This document shows, piece by piece, positions 11,301 through 28,036 of a stretch of 48,882 bases of DNA. A model generated the notes under the pieces. It was not told the origin of the DNA, did not search any database, and saw only the letters and a list, made by a program, of their open reading frames with translations. Both the position numbers and the translations under genes were made by a program. The stretch covers positions 1-48,882 of the forward strand of contig DF237585.1 of assembly GCA_000708835.1 (NCBI GenBank). Direction: 5' to 3'. The stretch's first letter is position 1; each line of letters opens with the position of its first letter. This stretch comes from Klebsormidium nitens. Taxonomy: Eukaryota > Plantae > Klebsormidiophyceae.

Positions 11301-12749
11301 CCTTGAACGATTGTCAATCCTGAGGGTTGCTCGACTCTCCAGAGTGCTAGGATTGCATCCAAATTCGTGGCGACAGCGAAACCCGATGGTTCGATCCAGC
11401 GTCGCCGAAAGTTGGGGGCTGACCTTGTTTCAAATGCTTGCGAAGAAGAGTTTCCTTTATGCATCGCGTCGAGTCGCTGGTGCTAATCAGGTTCTGTGCT
11501 TGGGTTGAAGTCTTCCTTTGTGCTTGGGTTGGAGTCTTCCTCTGCATGTTCATGCCCGTTTGCTCTTCTCCCTTAATCCCTGCCACAAACCCATCTACGC
11601 ACCCAAAACCCTATCCTAACTCCTGACCTATCTTTGATAGGTGGCACCCAACGAGACGGTCACGTACGAATGGCCGGTTACCGCGAACATGGGCCCCGGC
11701 CCACTCGATGGGAGCTCCATCCTGTGGCACTACCAGTCCACGATCGACACCCCTACCGGAATTTACGCCGGCTTGATCGGCCCCATCATCATCACCGCTC
11801 GGGGGATGGCCCGGGGGGGCAACGTGACCGCGGATTTGGCCCCCCCCTTGATGCCCAAGGACGTGGACCGGGAGTTTGTGACGGTGTTTGGCGTTTTCAA
11901 CGAGAACAAGAGCCCGTTCCTGGCGGAGAATCTGGTCCAGTTCGCGAACGTGAGCCGGGAAGAGGCCGACAGCGTGGCGCAAGACATGCAGGATAACGAC
12001 GAGGAGAGCAACCTGAAGCACGGGATCAACTTCAGGTGAGGGCCGGCTTCTTCAGGAGCTTACCCTCAAACCCTAAAACCGTGAATATCTAGTTTCCTAC
12101 CACGCCCTCTTTGCGTGATTGGCTGACGCGATTGCAACGCCATAAAAGGGTGATTCGCAGTGAATCTGACTTTTCTGAGTTGGCAAGTTCCCGCAAGAGG
12201 GCAGTTTGGCAGATCCCCTCATTCTCTTGGTGACCTCTTCTTGCCCCTGGGTTGTCTTCCGTGTACATTTCGTTTCCGCTTTGAAACGACGGCCTTCTGG
12301 CAATCTGCGCCGTCCCCGTCAAGGGCGAGCAGTTTCAAGTCTTACAAAGGCGCCTCCTACGCGTTCAGGGAACGATAGTGTACGCCTCCGCACAATTCCG
12401 TCTTAAGTACCAAGTGAACTCAAAGTAGTGTCATCGGTTCCCCCAGCTCAAACCTTTCCTCCTCCGCAGGTTCTTCTGCAACTTGCCCGGTCTGACCGCA
12501 ACCCTAAACGACCGCGTCCGTTTCCACACTCTCGCAATTGGATCCGAGGCCGATCTGCACACGCCCAACTGGGGGGGTGGCATCTCCGTTCTGCGGCAGG
12601 GGGGGAAACGGACCATGAGCTTCGGACTGCTGTCCGGGATTGCGCAGTCTGCGGACACTGCTGCGGACGTCCGGGGGAGCTGGGTATATCACTGTGCGGT
12701 GCACGATCACCAGAACGCGGGGATGCAAGCGCTGTACGAAGTGGTTTAA
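2334..12749 (+). CDS. FOX1: Six-domain multicopper oxidase / ferroxidase (Chlamydomonas Fox1-like, ceruloplasmin/hephaestin family), ~1183 aa
   Basis: 16 exons, all GT-AG with consistent phase, total 3552 nt: 2334-2695, 3237-3586, 4220-4437, 5071-5184, 5631-5783, 6262-6399, 6888-7154, 7643-7816, 8213-8512, 8918-9160, 9559-9714, 10010-10143, 10543-10684, 11079-11204, 11641-12035, 12470-12749. The repeated ceruloplasmin-type blocks (WD[Y/F]AP, YTDATF, LG[L/I]LGP, ESN.K[Y/H].IN) occur three times. Cu motifs: HAPHWHG, WMFHCHVNEHLMAGM, MHPHG, WLYHSH, QCHVDDHYLAGM, YHCAVHDHQNAGM. N-terminal hydrophobic segment and many N-glycosylation sequons. Confidence 0.93.
10970..11101 (+). repeat. Tandem duplication of the intron-13 splice acceptor and exon-14 start
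   Basis: tttgcgcacc...ggggccttgtttcgcag|gtcgt(cc/gt)tcaagaaca(a/t)gctcac at 10970-11030 and 11039-11101. The two AG acceptors are 71 nt apart (exon starts 11008 and 11079). Confidence 0.9.
11496..11543. repeat. 2 x 24-bp tandem repeat in ferroxidase intron 14
   Basis: tgtgcttgggttg(a/g)agtcttcct(t/c), repeated directly. Confidence 0.8.
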
Positions 12750-15445
12750 GAGTCTGGTTAGAGGGTTTGTGAATCGCTCTGTAACGGGTCAAAGCCTCTC
12801 AAAGGCTTTTGCGATTCAGTCAGAGAATTCAATATTTTGGAGTTGTGGAGTTATACGATTCATTATTGGGAGAGCGGCTCCCGAAAGGTTCGAAGAACGA
12901 TATGCAGCGGGCTCGGTATCGTATCATACACGCGTCGTCAAGCGCTCTTTATTCTCTGTGATACTAGAGGGCTGCAGCGGGAGCTTTTTGGACAGCATCC
13001 ATTATGAGCTGCCCCTTGCGGCCCCCAGTTTTGAGTAATCAGCGCAGCGCTGCGGATTCTGGTAGAAGGATTGATGTAGGTGCCAGTTTGAGATGTCGGA
13101 CAGAGATTCATGCAAGAAACGGACACACGGCGGCAAGCTTACTGAACAGATTATAGCTGGTAGCTCTTCGAGTCAGACATCAGACTTCCAATGTTGTGAG
13201 GAAAACTGTATGCATGCATGTTGTTTTATATGGAAGAACGTGACGTACATTATGTGCAGATATTGATCCACACTTGAGCGTTCCGACATCGACAATTGTA
13301 TGAGGTCAGCGGCTGCTCTGCCGCAAGATCAAATCCCATAGACTTGAGAATGTATACTTCCGATGAAGAGTATGACACGGCCTCTGCACAATCTCAGTAG
13401 ACTTGTTGCAGAGGCACTGCGGGCCTCGTGAGAGAAACGTACTAGACGATGATCTTATAGCCACGTGATGAAAAATGGGCCCCGGCCATGCATATGGCCC
13501 ACCATTGAAACCCTTGATTAATAGGGCCGTATATATATCAGCAACTTTTATATGAATACCTATCTCAATCATGAGGCTCACTAGCTTCATGCAAATTTCG
13601 GATCGTCATGCTTTTGATTGCTCCGAAATTGGACTCGGCAGCTCGCGCCCCGACATGCCTCAGGCTGGCATTGAACCTCGATCAGCAAGGCCGTCACTCG
13701 CGCCAATGCTTAGCCGACCGGCCATATATAGGCTTACTAGATAATATACATACAAGTGCATCGATTCATACTAATAAGGCGCTCACATAAGCAGACATGT
13801 GATCTGGTTTGAACTTGTTGGTATAGCTAGCTATGAATGAAAGCTTGCTTCTGCTTTAGATTGGTCAATCCCGCTAGACTTGTTGCAATCAAATGATGCA
13901 ACAAAGTTGTCAGATCACTAACAATCCAGGTTCGATAGCTCGATCTATTGATTGCAACACTAATCGGACCGGAATGACGTGGCCGCAACCGAACCCGGAC
14001 ACATGCTTACAAGTTTCGGCTCCGGCACTGAGAAAATCACCATGACTCTAAGTCAGTATCTATATGGCGGGACGTGGTGGAAACAAGTGCAAGATGCATC
14101 TACTCTAGGCGCCAATGTTCGGCTGGCCGTATCAAGCCTGTCACGGGCGCAGAAATCTCATGAGTTTAACCAACTAGTAGGTTCCTAGCAATCCTGGATA
14201 AAACATGCTGCGACGTAGTTTAGTGCAATTTATTGCAGACAACTTTTCGTTGGCAGTTGCCTTGAAGTCCCCGCACTTACTATGAAATTCAGAGATGTTA
14301 TTGTAGTTGTCATGTCGGTGCTTCAAATACATGCTGCAGACGCAGGGAATCTTGCTCCAAGTGTTTGATAAGGTTCCGTGGGCTAAAAACGCTGATCTTC
14401 AAAGCTCACTTCTTTTGGGGCTAGCAATCAGAAGGTGCAGTACTGTAAATATGAACACATACCTTCAAGGGTCTGGAAAGATGGGTCTGTGAGAGACGCC
14501 ATCGAAGTGACCATCAAAGTAATGACCCCGCTCTGTCCAACAACCAGCAACACACCGTTTTTCCGTTTGCACTGGCCCACTCTTACTGCAGCGTCGATCC
14601 GAGACGGCTGGTCAGGGCATGGCTATGATCCTGCATGGTTTTAGATCATATGGCTTAAGCGACCCAACAAGTGCATCAAGCAAAGTCCTCCAAGGGAAAA
14701 CGAGTGGAGATTCCCCTCTATTATAAGGGACTGACAAGGAGCACAAAAGGACAGCTTTATCACAGTGTTGTCTGAGCTGCCTTTTCCTTGTTTCATGACA
14801 CAGAAGCAGGTCTTCTTTGAGATTGGGGCTCCACAGGTTTGAGAGACACTTTTAGATGCCTAGCATCACCCCAATTCTTCTTTGTGGCTCCAATGCACTC
14901 GATTCTTCGCACTAGATATCATGGCGGTGGCCTAAGATACCTCATCGGCAAACTAAAAAACTCAACTGAGGATCCACAGTTTGACCTCAATGGTTCTCGC
15001 TTGATGCACATTGATTAGGCACAAAAGGCAGCTGCATCTAATGCACGTCTGTTGCGATGTCTGTGCGGTACGCTTTGGGGAAGGTTGCACAAGTATGTGC
15101 ATTTGACCACTTCAATGCATCTGGAGACCAATGCAATATGAGCAACCCTCTTATTGCATGGTGTAATGTGTTGTCCTCTTCGCCTTGTTGACATCTGCCC
15201 TTTGCTACAGCGAATCGCCAGATCCTGCCCGCACAAAGTGGTATCCACAGAGGCCAGCATGATCAGAAACGGCAGCAGAGAGAAGAACTCAAATATCAAA
15301 TTTCAGCTGCAATCACAGCTGCTGATATAACAACCAGGAATTAGCTATCCGCACATTCAAGAGGGGGCAGCTTGTAGAAACAAAGCCACTTTCAAGCATC
15401 TGTTCCAAGAAACTCACCCCATTTTTTCCTATTTCACGCGGACCC

Positions 15446-15646
15446 TCAATGGTGCTCATCCTTCTTCTTCGTAAACAGCCCTGCAGCTCCCTCCAACAAA
15501 CAATACGCCCCGAAAGCCACCACAGCGATCCCCAGCCCCGGCATCGCCCTCCGATAGTTGCCAGTCAGCATGGGGTGCCTCCGCCAAGCGTCGTTGCCTG
15601 CCCATACTGTGGACTGCGCCGCCTGGATTTGCTTCTCCGGTGCCAT
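15446..15646 (-). CDS. NDUFB3: NADH:ubiquinone oxidoreductase subunit B12 (NDUFB3), plant type, 66 aa
   Basis: Intronless CDS: DAWRRHPML...RRAMPGLGIAVVAFGAY. This matches the plant B12 pattern (WRKHPML...HALPGxGIGVxAF) and is followed by one TM helix. Confidence 0.9.
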   Translation of the reverse strand: MAPEKQIQAAQSTVWAGNDAWRRHPMLTGNYRRAMPGLGIAVVAFGAYCLLEGAAGLFTKKKDEHH

Positions 15647-16317
15647 CCTCTCAGCCGATGTCGGGGCGGATCGACAGAAGGCGTCTGATCGGAGTAGACT
15701 ACAATTATCTCATGATCTACCAATCAGGTAGTACATGCAGCTTTTACCTGTCCAGCGGCTACCCTCAGCTTCTATGGCCCTTGGCCAATCCTTTTCCCCC
15801 TTCGCCTTAGGCTTTGCCTCTGATTCTTATTGAAATTCTGAGAAGGGCTTACAACTTCAAGGCAGTTCCCTGGGTAACGAACTAGATACGGCGCTTGGTG
15901 ACAAGCAGGCCGCTAATGGCCAATCCAGAACGTAGTGTCAAAGCCGTGAACTTCGTCGGTTGAAATCCCGTCTGTTCGCGGCAAGAAGAATGGACCTCTC
16001 TGGGTATGCGCTCGCGGGCCAGCCGGCACCACGAAAGCAGCCCGTTCAACACCAGATTGGAGGGACGGTGAAGATGGGAATGGTTGACCTGAATATGCAT
16101 ACCTAGGCTCTAGCTGAGACGAGAACTGATAGTAATACAAGCCCATGCAAAAATGTCGGTGTGTTTCTTCCTAGCTCAGCAAAAGGCGCTGCTTTCTTCT
16201 TTCTGATTTGGCTAAGTTGAAGGGAATGCTCTGGTGTCGCTAAAATTTTCCAGCTGCGAGTAGGTCGACAGAGGCGAGGGCATCTGGTCTTCAAAATTTG
16301 AAAAAGCGTCAGTTGAG

Positions 16318-21378
<5,061 letters not shown>

Positions 21379-22555
21379 GTGGGGAGGTACTGAAGATGCA
21401 AGCTGGTTGGAGAAGGGACTGCGGGTAACCGGTCAAGCTAGGGGCTTGTCAGTGCAAGCTCGTAGAAACTCAGAGTCAAGCTGGAACGATACTTTCGTCA
21501 CTGTTCAGCGGAGTACGTACATCATCACGCCACGTCGTGCATTCTCCTACAAATTTCAGGCGGTTTGTCCGTATCGTGCATTTGCGGACAATTGCAGTAA
21601 TGCTGACAGGCCAGCCTGATTACCTCTGCCGACAATGGGCAGGAGTGAAGAACAAGCAATCAAAATGTTCTGATAGGATTGCATGCGACTGAATGTTCAC
21701 TGATTGCCTCCTCGTCAGTTATGATTCGCATCTTCCCAACTGCAGTCAGCAATTTCAGTGAGCGTAATGATGACATGCACATGAACAATCAATTTGCCGG
21801 GGTGGCCCGCACATATAATTGGTTCGTATATATACACAGACCTACACATGCAAGCTGCATGCGCTGATTGAGTGGACGCGTGCTGTTATTGTGCTGCCAT
21901 TGTACGTATGCGCATGCGCTCTGAGCTTGACGGTCATGTCAAGCTCTGAACCATATCAATCGCGCGTTGCTATTGGAATTTTCGATGCAGGACGAATCTA
22001 ACTGCTAAGAACGGATTACGCTAAGCAGATATTGGAGGTGTTATGAATTCTGCACATACAAAAGCCAACATAAGAAACATGCACACCATTATATATGTCT
22101 GTTGCACTTTTCAGTACGTAATGACGCGAGGTATATAGGCATGCCTGCATGTGAGTAATTGCTTGACTTCACTCTCAGCACAAAATGCGTGACACCTGTA
22201 CATGCTCGATATACACGACGTTTGCCCCAGCTTGATTGCACGTTGCTGATAACCAGTAAGTTAAATCCGCAATCAAATTTCATCTACTTTCTTGAGACGC
22301 CATATATGTGAATGGCTCGGAACGAGTATGTGCGGAGTTGAGACAGGTTGGTCTGTTGTGCAGGTCAAAAGTGTCGCATTCGGTGTACGTCGTCCTAGTG
22401 TACATAGTGTGTAGTTCCTCATTGTAAGCAAGATTATTCGTTCCGCGACCGCTGTCCATCTTTTGTATGTACATGACTGAAACAATGCAGTATCAATGCA
22501 GCCGTATAGACTGTAGTCGGTCTATAGGACTTTGCTGCTCTTCGCAAAACGCCAC

Positions 22556-25500
22556 CTACTCTTCCGATTTCCTGTAACCCCCCTCGCGCATGTCCGCATC
22601 CGACGGGGCCTTGAAGCCCCCCCCCATCTTATCCTGGGCCGCCTTTGCGGGGGTGCGATCCCCGCGGAAAAGCCAGCTCAGGGACGCCATAAAGAGCTCC
22701 GGGGAGAAGAGCCTCAGGAAAAGCATGCTCTTGTACCACGACGGAATCACCGCTCGCATGGTTTTGCGCCGCGCGGCTGCGACGGCGGCCTTGGCGAGAG
22801 CGGGGGTGGGGAGGACTGGGAACAGACCGAACCCGGGTTCCTGCAGGAAAAGCAAGAGATTAGATCGGGTTTGGTGACAGATGGAATGTGACAGAAAGTA
22901 AAAGCGATACCGAGAAAGCTGTTGTAAAAACGGAGAGTGGGCAGGTTCATTTAACGGAGCACGTTAGATAGAGTCTGATCTTGATTGCCCAGAGAGTCAG
23001 AATGCTCGATGACGTTACGACTGCCGGCTGTCACCTTCTCCGAGGAGTCATGAGAGAGGCGACAATTGCCAGGAAACCCCTCAAATCCACAGATGCGACT
23101 CGTACGGAAATCCCTCAAATCGACAGATACGAATCGTACCGAAACCGTCTCATAAACCAAATATATGAAAGCCACACTGCAAAACGCCTCAAACTTCCTT
23201 GTATTCCTGGTTTCCTGATCGGTCTACCCAAAAAACCGGCCGAGTTACTCTTTCCACAAACCGCGTTGCCCAATCCACAGATTGTTCCCTTCTCACCTTC
23301 CGCAGTTCTCTCCCTTCTTCCGCCGACGACCAGCGCCCGTCAGCCAGTATGACCTTGCCATCTGTCATCTCGGACTTGACGACGCCCGGCTGGAAAATGG
23401 TTATGGGGATCCCCGGGCCTGCTTCGAGGCGGAGCGTCTCGAAGAATTGGCTCACCGCCGCCTTGGAGGCCTGCAAAGAAGCGAGGCGGAAAGATTGAAA
23501 AATTGGGAAAGAGTGATGAAGGAGCCGGGTAAACGCGACTTATTTTTTGTGCATTGTTTTGCGCTTCGTTTCTTGGTATCAGAAGCTACGGTCGTCAAAG
23601 CTTCTCTCTGTACTCGAACGCGAACTTTTTCTCAATCTTTTCTCAAAGTGCCACCTTGGCTTACTTTGTTTTCAGACGGTTATGCCGTTCATATCTGACA
23701 TTGTACGCTTTTTTCTTTTGGAGTGTCGTCAGCTGAAACTGCTGATGCGGATTTGATGTCTACGTGACATGGTACAAGATAACCAGAACTCTTGCACTCT
23801 CTTGACCCTCAAAACAAAGGCCGCTTTAAAGCAAGCATGGCTCGATATTTACAGTAAAGGTAACAGAAAAATGTTACGACAAATAGATGGGCTTTCTCCC
23901 AAAGCCAAGCCGGCAAGGCAAGTCTTCGAGCTCGCGGAATACGTAGCATATGACGTGATCGGAGATTTACAGACCGCCGAAAAATCTGGTCGCGGCTTTG
24001 ATTGATAACGACAGCCAAAAACACTCCCTGTCTCTTCGTTGGACCATAGCTCGGACTCAAGGTTGATAAGGAAGAGCGCAAAATTGGCTACTAGGCGACT
24101 TCCGCCGTTGAATCACTAGCGGCAACGAACAGAAGGGGTTCGCAAATTGCGAAGACTAACATTGTAGATGCTCAGATTGGGCTCCGGCACAAATTCCGCG
24201 ATGGAATCGTTGACAACCAGCTGCCCGCCGGTTTGGCGCAGGTGCTTCAGCGCGTATTTGGCGCAAAAGACGTATCCCCAAAAGTTGACGTCCTGCAACG
24301 GAGAATATAAGTCACTTGGAGGTCCTTCAAGAATCTCTTCCCTCGAAAATTAAGCTGGTGAACAGTACAATAGAAGTCAATCTCTTCGATGCAGTGGGGC
24401 GTAGACAACGTATGAGGCGGTGAATGCATCTACGGTGCGGTACTAAAATTCTCGTGTCTGACAGAAAGCAGTTTCACACTCCGTATGACGAACAATTACA
24501 GACGGCAGATCGAAGGGTATCCCAGCACACTCAAAAACGAGAAAACCTGTCTGCGATTTTGAGTGAACTATTCGTATCGTATTTGTGAGAGACACTCGGA
24601 CCAGTCCGATACGAACAGGCGTCGGTTTGGTCTATGGAGCGCCGTAGGAAAAAGACCAGCACTTTCTGCGAATCAATCTGAACAGAAGGTAAAGTCCTCA
24701 GGGGCACGAAGAATACGGAAGAACGTCGACGCGAGAGCTCCTCACCATGATCGAGCGGAAGCCCTCGGTTTCTTGCACCTCCTCGAATTTGTAAATGTGG
24801 GCCACACCGGCGTTGAGCACGACGCAATCAACTGTGCCGCGGCATAGTAGTCAGTCTCCGTAGGCATAGAGGAAAGAGTTCAAAAGCAAAACCTACCAGC
24901 AATCAATCAGACAGGATCGAAGCATTGATTTCTCGAGCCTAGCCTAGGTGGCACCATTCTAGGGACTCTCGCAAAAGGGCCTTCTGTTTCGGCGTCTTTT
25001 TGGACGGGTTCGAACGGAAAGGGCTCTTACGGTTGAGACGAGCTTCTTGTTCTGACTTGGTTGGTGTAAAGTCAGAGTGCGAAGCTAGAGTCGGTTTGCT
25101 CACGTCTGCCGTAGTGTTTCGCCGCTTGCTCAACGGCTTCCCTGCACCCGTCCTGGGTGCCTAGGTCCGCCGGCACAGTCAACACGTCGGGGGCGCCACG
25201 ACGTCTGCAACAAACATTATCGCTTCAGAACCCGATGTCTTAACTTCCGCTTTGATAAGTTGCAATACCTCGGCCTTGGTACGTCGGCCTTGAAACGGTT
25301 AAAACTGGTCAAAAAACGCCACCAACCGGGACGCTCCACGGGACGGGATTGCGTCTCTCTCCCCGATGCAATTCATCTCTGGTGGTCTACCATATCCGGA
25401 TACTTTCGCCCTGAAACCCAGCTGGAAGACAACCCGCTGAATCCTGAGATCTCTTTGAAACTGAAGATCCCTTTAAGGTCTCAGAGCGGGACAATGCTAA

Positions 25501-26848
25501 TGGTGGGATTGAAAACAGGTTCGGATCGAATGTGGGGTTGCAGTTAAGACGATGTGGCAATTGGTCATCAACGGGCTGTAAGTCTAGTGAATATATCAAA
25601 TCGGCCCACGTTATCGTTGGCAAACTAACTGTGAAACGAATTCCATGTCGACTTCCAACTCGAATCAAAAACCAGGTCGATGAAGGTGGGATAATGTGCC
25701 CCTCAACGTACAAGAAGAAAAACTTCAGCCTTTTCTGCAGTTTGGATCACCCCTTCAGAGAGCCCAAGAACTACCAAATTCAAACTTTGTCCTTCTCATG
25801 TCTGCTAAAAATCCAGCCTTCATTGAATGCCTGAATTCGTGTCCCAAAAAGCTTATCTCAGAATTATAAGGGATGGAGGATCCGTCACACCTGCATTCTT
25901 CAGCAACTGCATCTAGTTTCTCCTCCCTCCGGGCGACCAGCGCGAGGCGAGACCCCAGCCCAGCATATTGATACGAGATGTGCTGCATTAAGGAGCAAGA
26001 GAACGCTGCTCAGATTCCACACAGAATGCATGCAAGTCAACCTGCTGAAAAATTTGTAGATGAAACGCAGCATCGATCTTGTAGGCCAACCACTCCCATA
26101 ACCCTTCTCTTCAATACCTCTAAGCTCGATATTAGATGTAATAAGCCTCAAAGGAATTGCCTACGGACCTAATCGTCGCACATACGAGCAAGCTCAACTC
26201 CTGATATCAGCTCTCCACACCTTATTCGCAGCTGGTCTGATTCATTACTTATCAAACTCTCATTCTTAGCTGCCAAGGGCTTACCATCCCAATCCCGGAG
26301 CTGGCCCCAGTGACCACCACCACTTTGTCCCGCATATCCAGGGGGCGATTGGCCAGCTGTTTCACCCCCCTCCAGACCAACAGCACCGGTGACGTCACAG
26401 CCACCGTCACGAAAATAGTGACCGGTGCAACTACGTTGAGCAACCGGTTGGTGAACCCCAGGGAGGTATCTTCGACCTCCATCATGGCTGGGCGGCTCTC
26501 AGTTCCAGAAAGGCTTTTCAGTCTGTCTTCGTCCTTTGGGTTTGTGCTCTCACGGGGCTTAGTCAGAGTGTCTTCACCACGACGAGCCATGCAAGTGATG
26601 TTTCTCCTCACACTGTGTCCTATAATTCTATGTTGGCTCAAATCAGCTGGAACAAAGCCCAGCTCCTTGTAGTCTGAAACTTTTCTGGAAGTTGCACAAA
26701 TCGATTGGGAGCTCGGATACGATGAAGAAAGAGGAAGGGATCTCGAAGCAGACTTTCCGCACCTGAAGCTTTGTCCTGCCGTCAGAGCAGAAACACCACT
26801 GAGGTTGACTCGCCTAATCAGCTGAGAGCTCAAAGTTGCTGGCCCCAT
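22556..26848 (-). CDS. Short-chain dehydrogenase/reductase, steroleosin / 11-beta-hydroxysteroid dehydrogenase-like, ~477 aa with N-terminal extension
   Basis: 7 exons, total 1434 nt: 26848-26285, 25982-25891, 25204-25104, 24831-24746, 24292-24161, 23470-23297, 22840-22556. Motifs: KVVVVTGASSGIG, LALVARR, VLNAGV, MDVNFWG, catalytic YNASK. The steroleosin-type hydrophobic segment LLNVVAPVTIFVTVAVTSPVLLVW precedes the Rossmann fold. The start codon could be downstream. Confidence 0.9.
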
Positions 26849-28036
26849 CGGAACGACAAAGTCCGACTCTGCCTAAGGATCGTCTGCGCAGCATGCAAAG
26901 CTTTCTAGACTGTCTGCTCTTCGCGGTGCAAGAGGCTTGCATTCTGAAAGGTTGGCACACCTTCGCTTCCTCAAAACCGATCAGACACAATCGCAGCTGC
27001 AGTGAGCCCTGTAACATGTTTCAAGGGTTCGAAGTGCTCAATGTGGGGCCAACGCCACAACGCGAGGGGCGCAACTTCGAAGAGCCCATGCATGCGAGAA
27101 AACGTGCTGCATGCACTGCAACCATGCAGTCTAAGCCAGTGAGCGGTGGGGACCCCAGCGGCGCTGCCTAAGCCAGCCTGTAGAGCGCGACCGCGCGCGT
27201 GCTAATACGCCGGCCGCTAACGATCCGACGTCGAACGCGCGTACCCGGTACCGTCGGAGAGGAGTTAGGTAAATATTCTTCTTTCAATGCCGCCGGAAGT
27301 CCGGAAGGGCCGGGGCGGCTCAGGCTGGCCCGCGGCCGCGAGAGGGGCGGCGGGCCCGCTAAGCAGTGCCAGTGCCACTGCTGGCAGAGTCGCGCGATCG
27401 AGCCGCCGCCGCGCCCTGAGCGTCATCCGACGCACGGTAGTATATCATTAGGTTGCCTGGCGCGTCGGATGCCATTGAATTATTCACTGAAACAGTACCT
27501 CTCAGTGTCGAAATCCTGATGCTCGCGTACACTTGGATTGGCTAGCTACGTCGCTTAGATTTATGGCGATGACAGAGCTTTATATGGACATGCATGTGGC
27601 CGCGCATACTTAGGCTGTTACGTGAGGGGGTCACCTGGCATAGTTGATGCTTCATAAGATGCTTCCTTGATAAAAGAACAGCCTTTTTTTCGAGACCGTG
27701 CATAATCGAAAATTGCTCAGTGTTGTGATGCGCGTGCGAACCAGTCAGAATGGCGACTTGGGACTTGACCACGTACTCAATATACAGCCGGCCACCAGAA
27801 AGCTCAATATGTATATCGCCGGCACCGTCAGTTCTATGACGTGCTTTCGCCACGCGCTCGGCCAGATTGAGATGAGAAACACACCATCGTCGGGCCGTTC
27901 ACCAGGTGGGCTTCACATAGATTGCATGATGGAATGACTTCCTCTTGATCTAAGCACCAGAGCACATGCACCTACTGCAAAGGTAATCGGCCTCAACTCA
28001 GATCATGATGTCGAACTTAACGAAAAGCAAGCCCTC

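Noticed and set aside
11380-11410. GGTTCGATCC resembling a tRNA T-loop, also near 13930 and 25010
   Set aside because: No acceptor stem, D-arm or anticodon arm could be built around it.
12060-12085. Telo-box-like aaaccctaaa in ferroxidase intron 15
   Set aside because: Single copy, not in a promoter and without site-II partners; expected by chance.
2700-12460. Many ORF-track entries antisense to or within introns of the ferroxidase, and likewise within KRR1, SDR, GH28 and EndoU
   Set aside because: Shadow frames of GC-rich exons, or read-through into introns. They are explained by the spliced models.
27423-27470. 10-bp inverted repeat catccgacgc / gcgtcggatg in the GC-rich region upstream of the SDR
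   Set aside because: Short, no TSD and in GC-rich promoter-like sequence; not enough to call a MITE or ncRNA.
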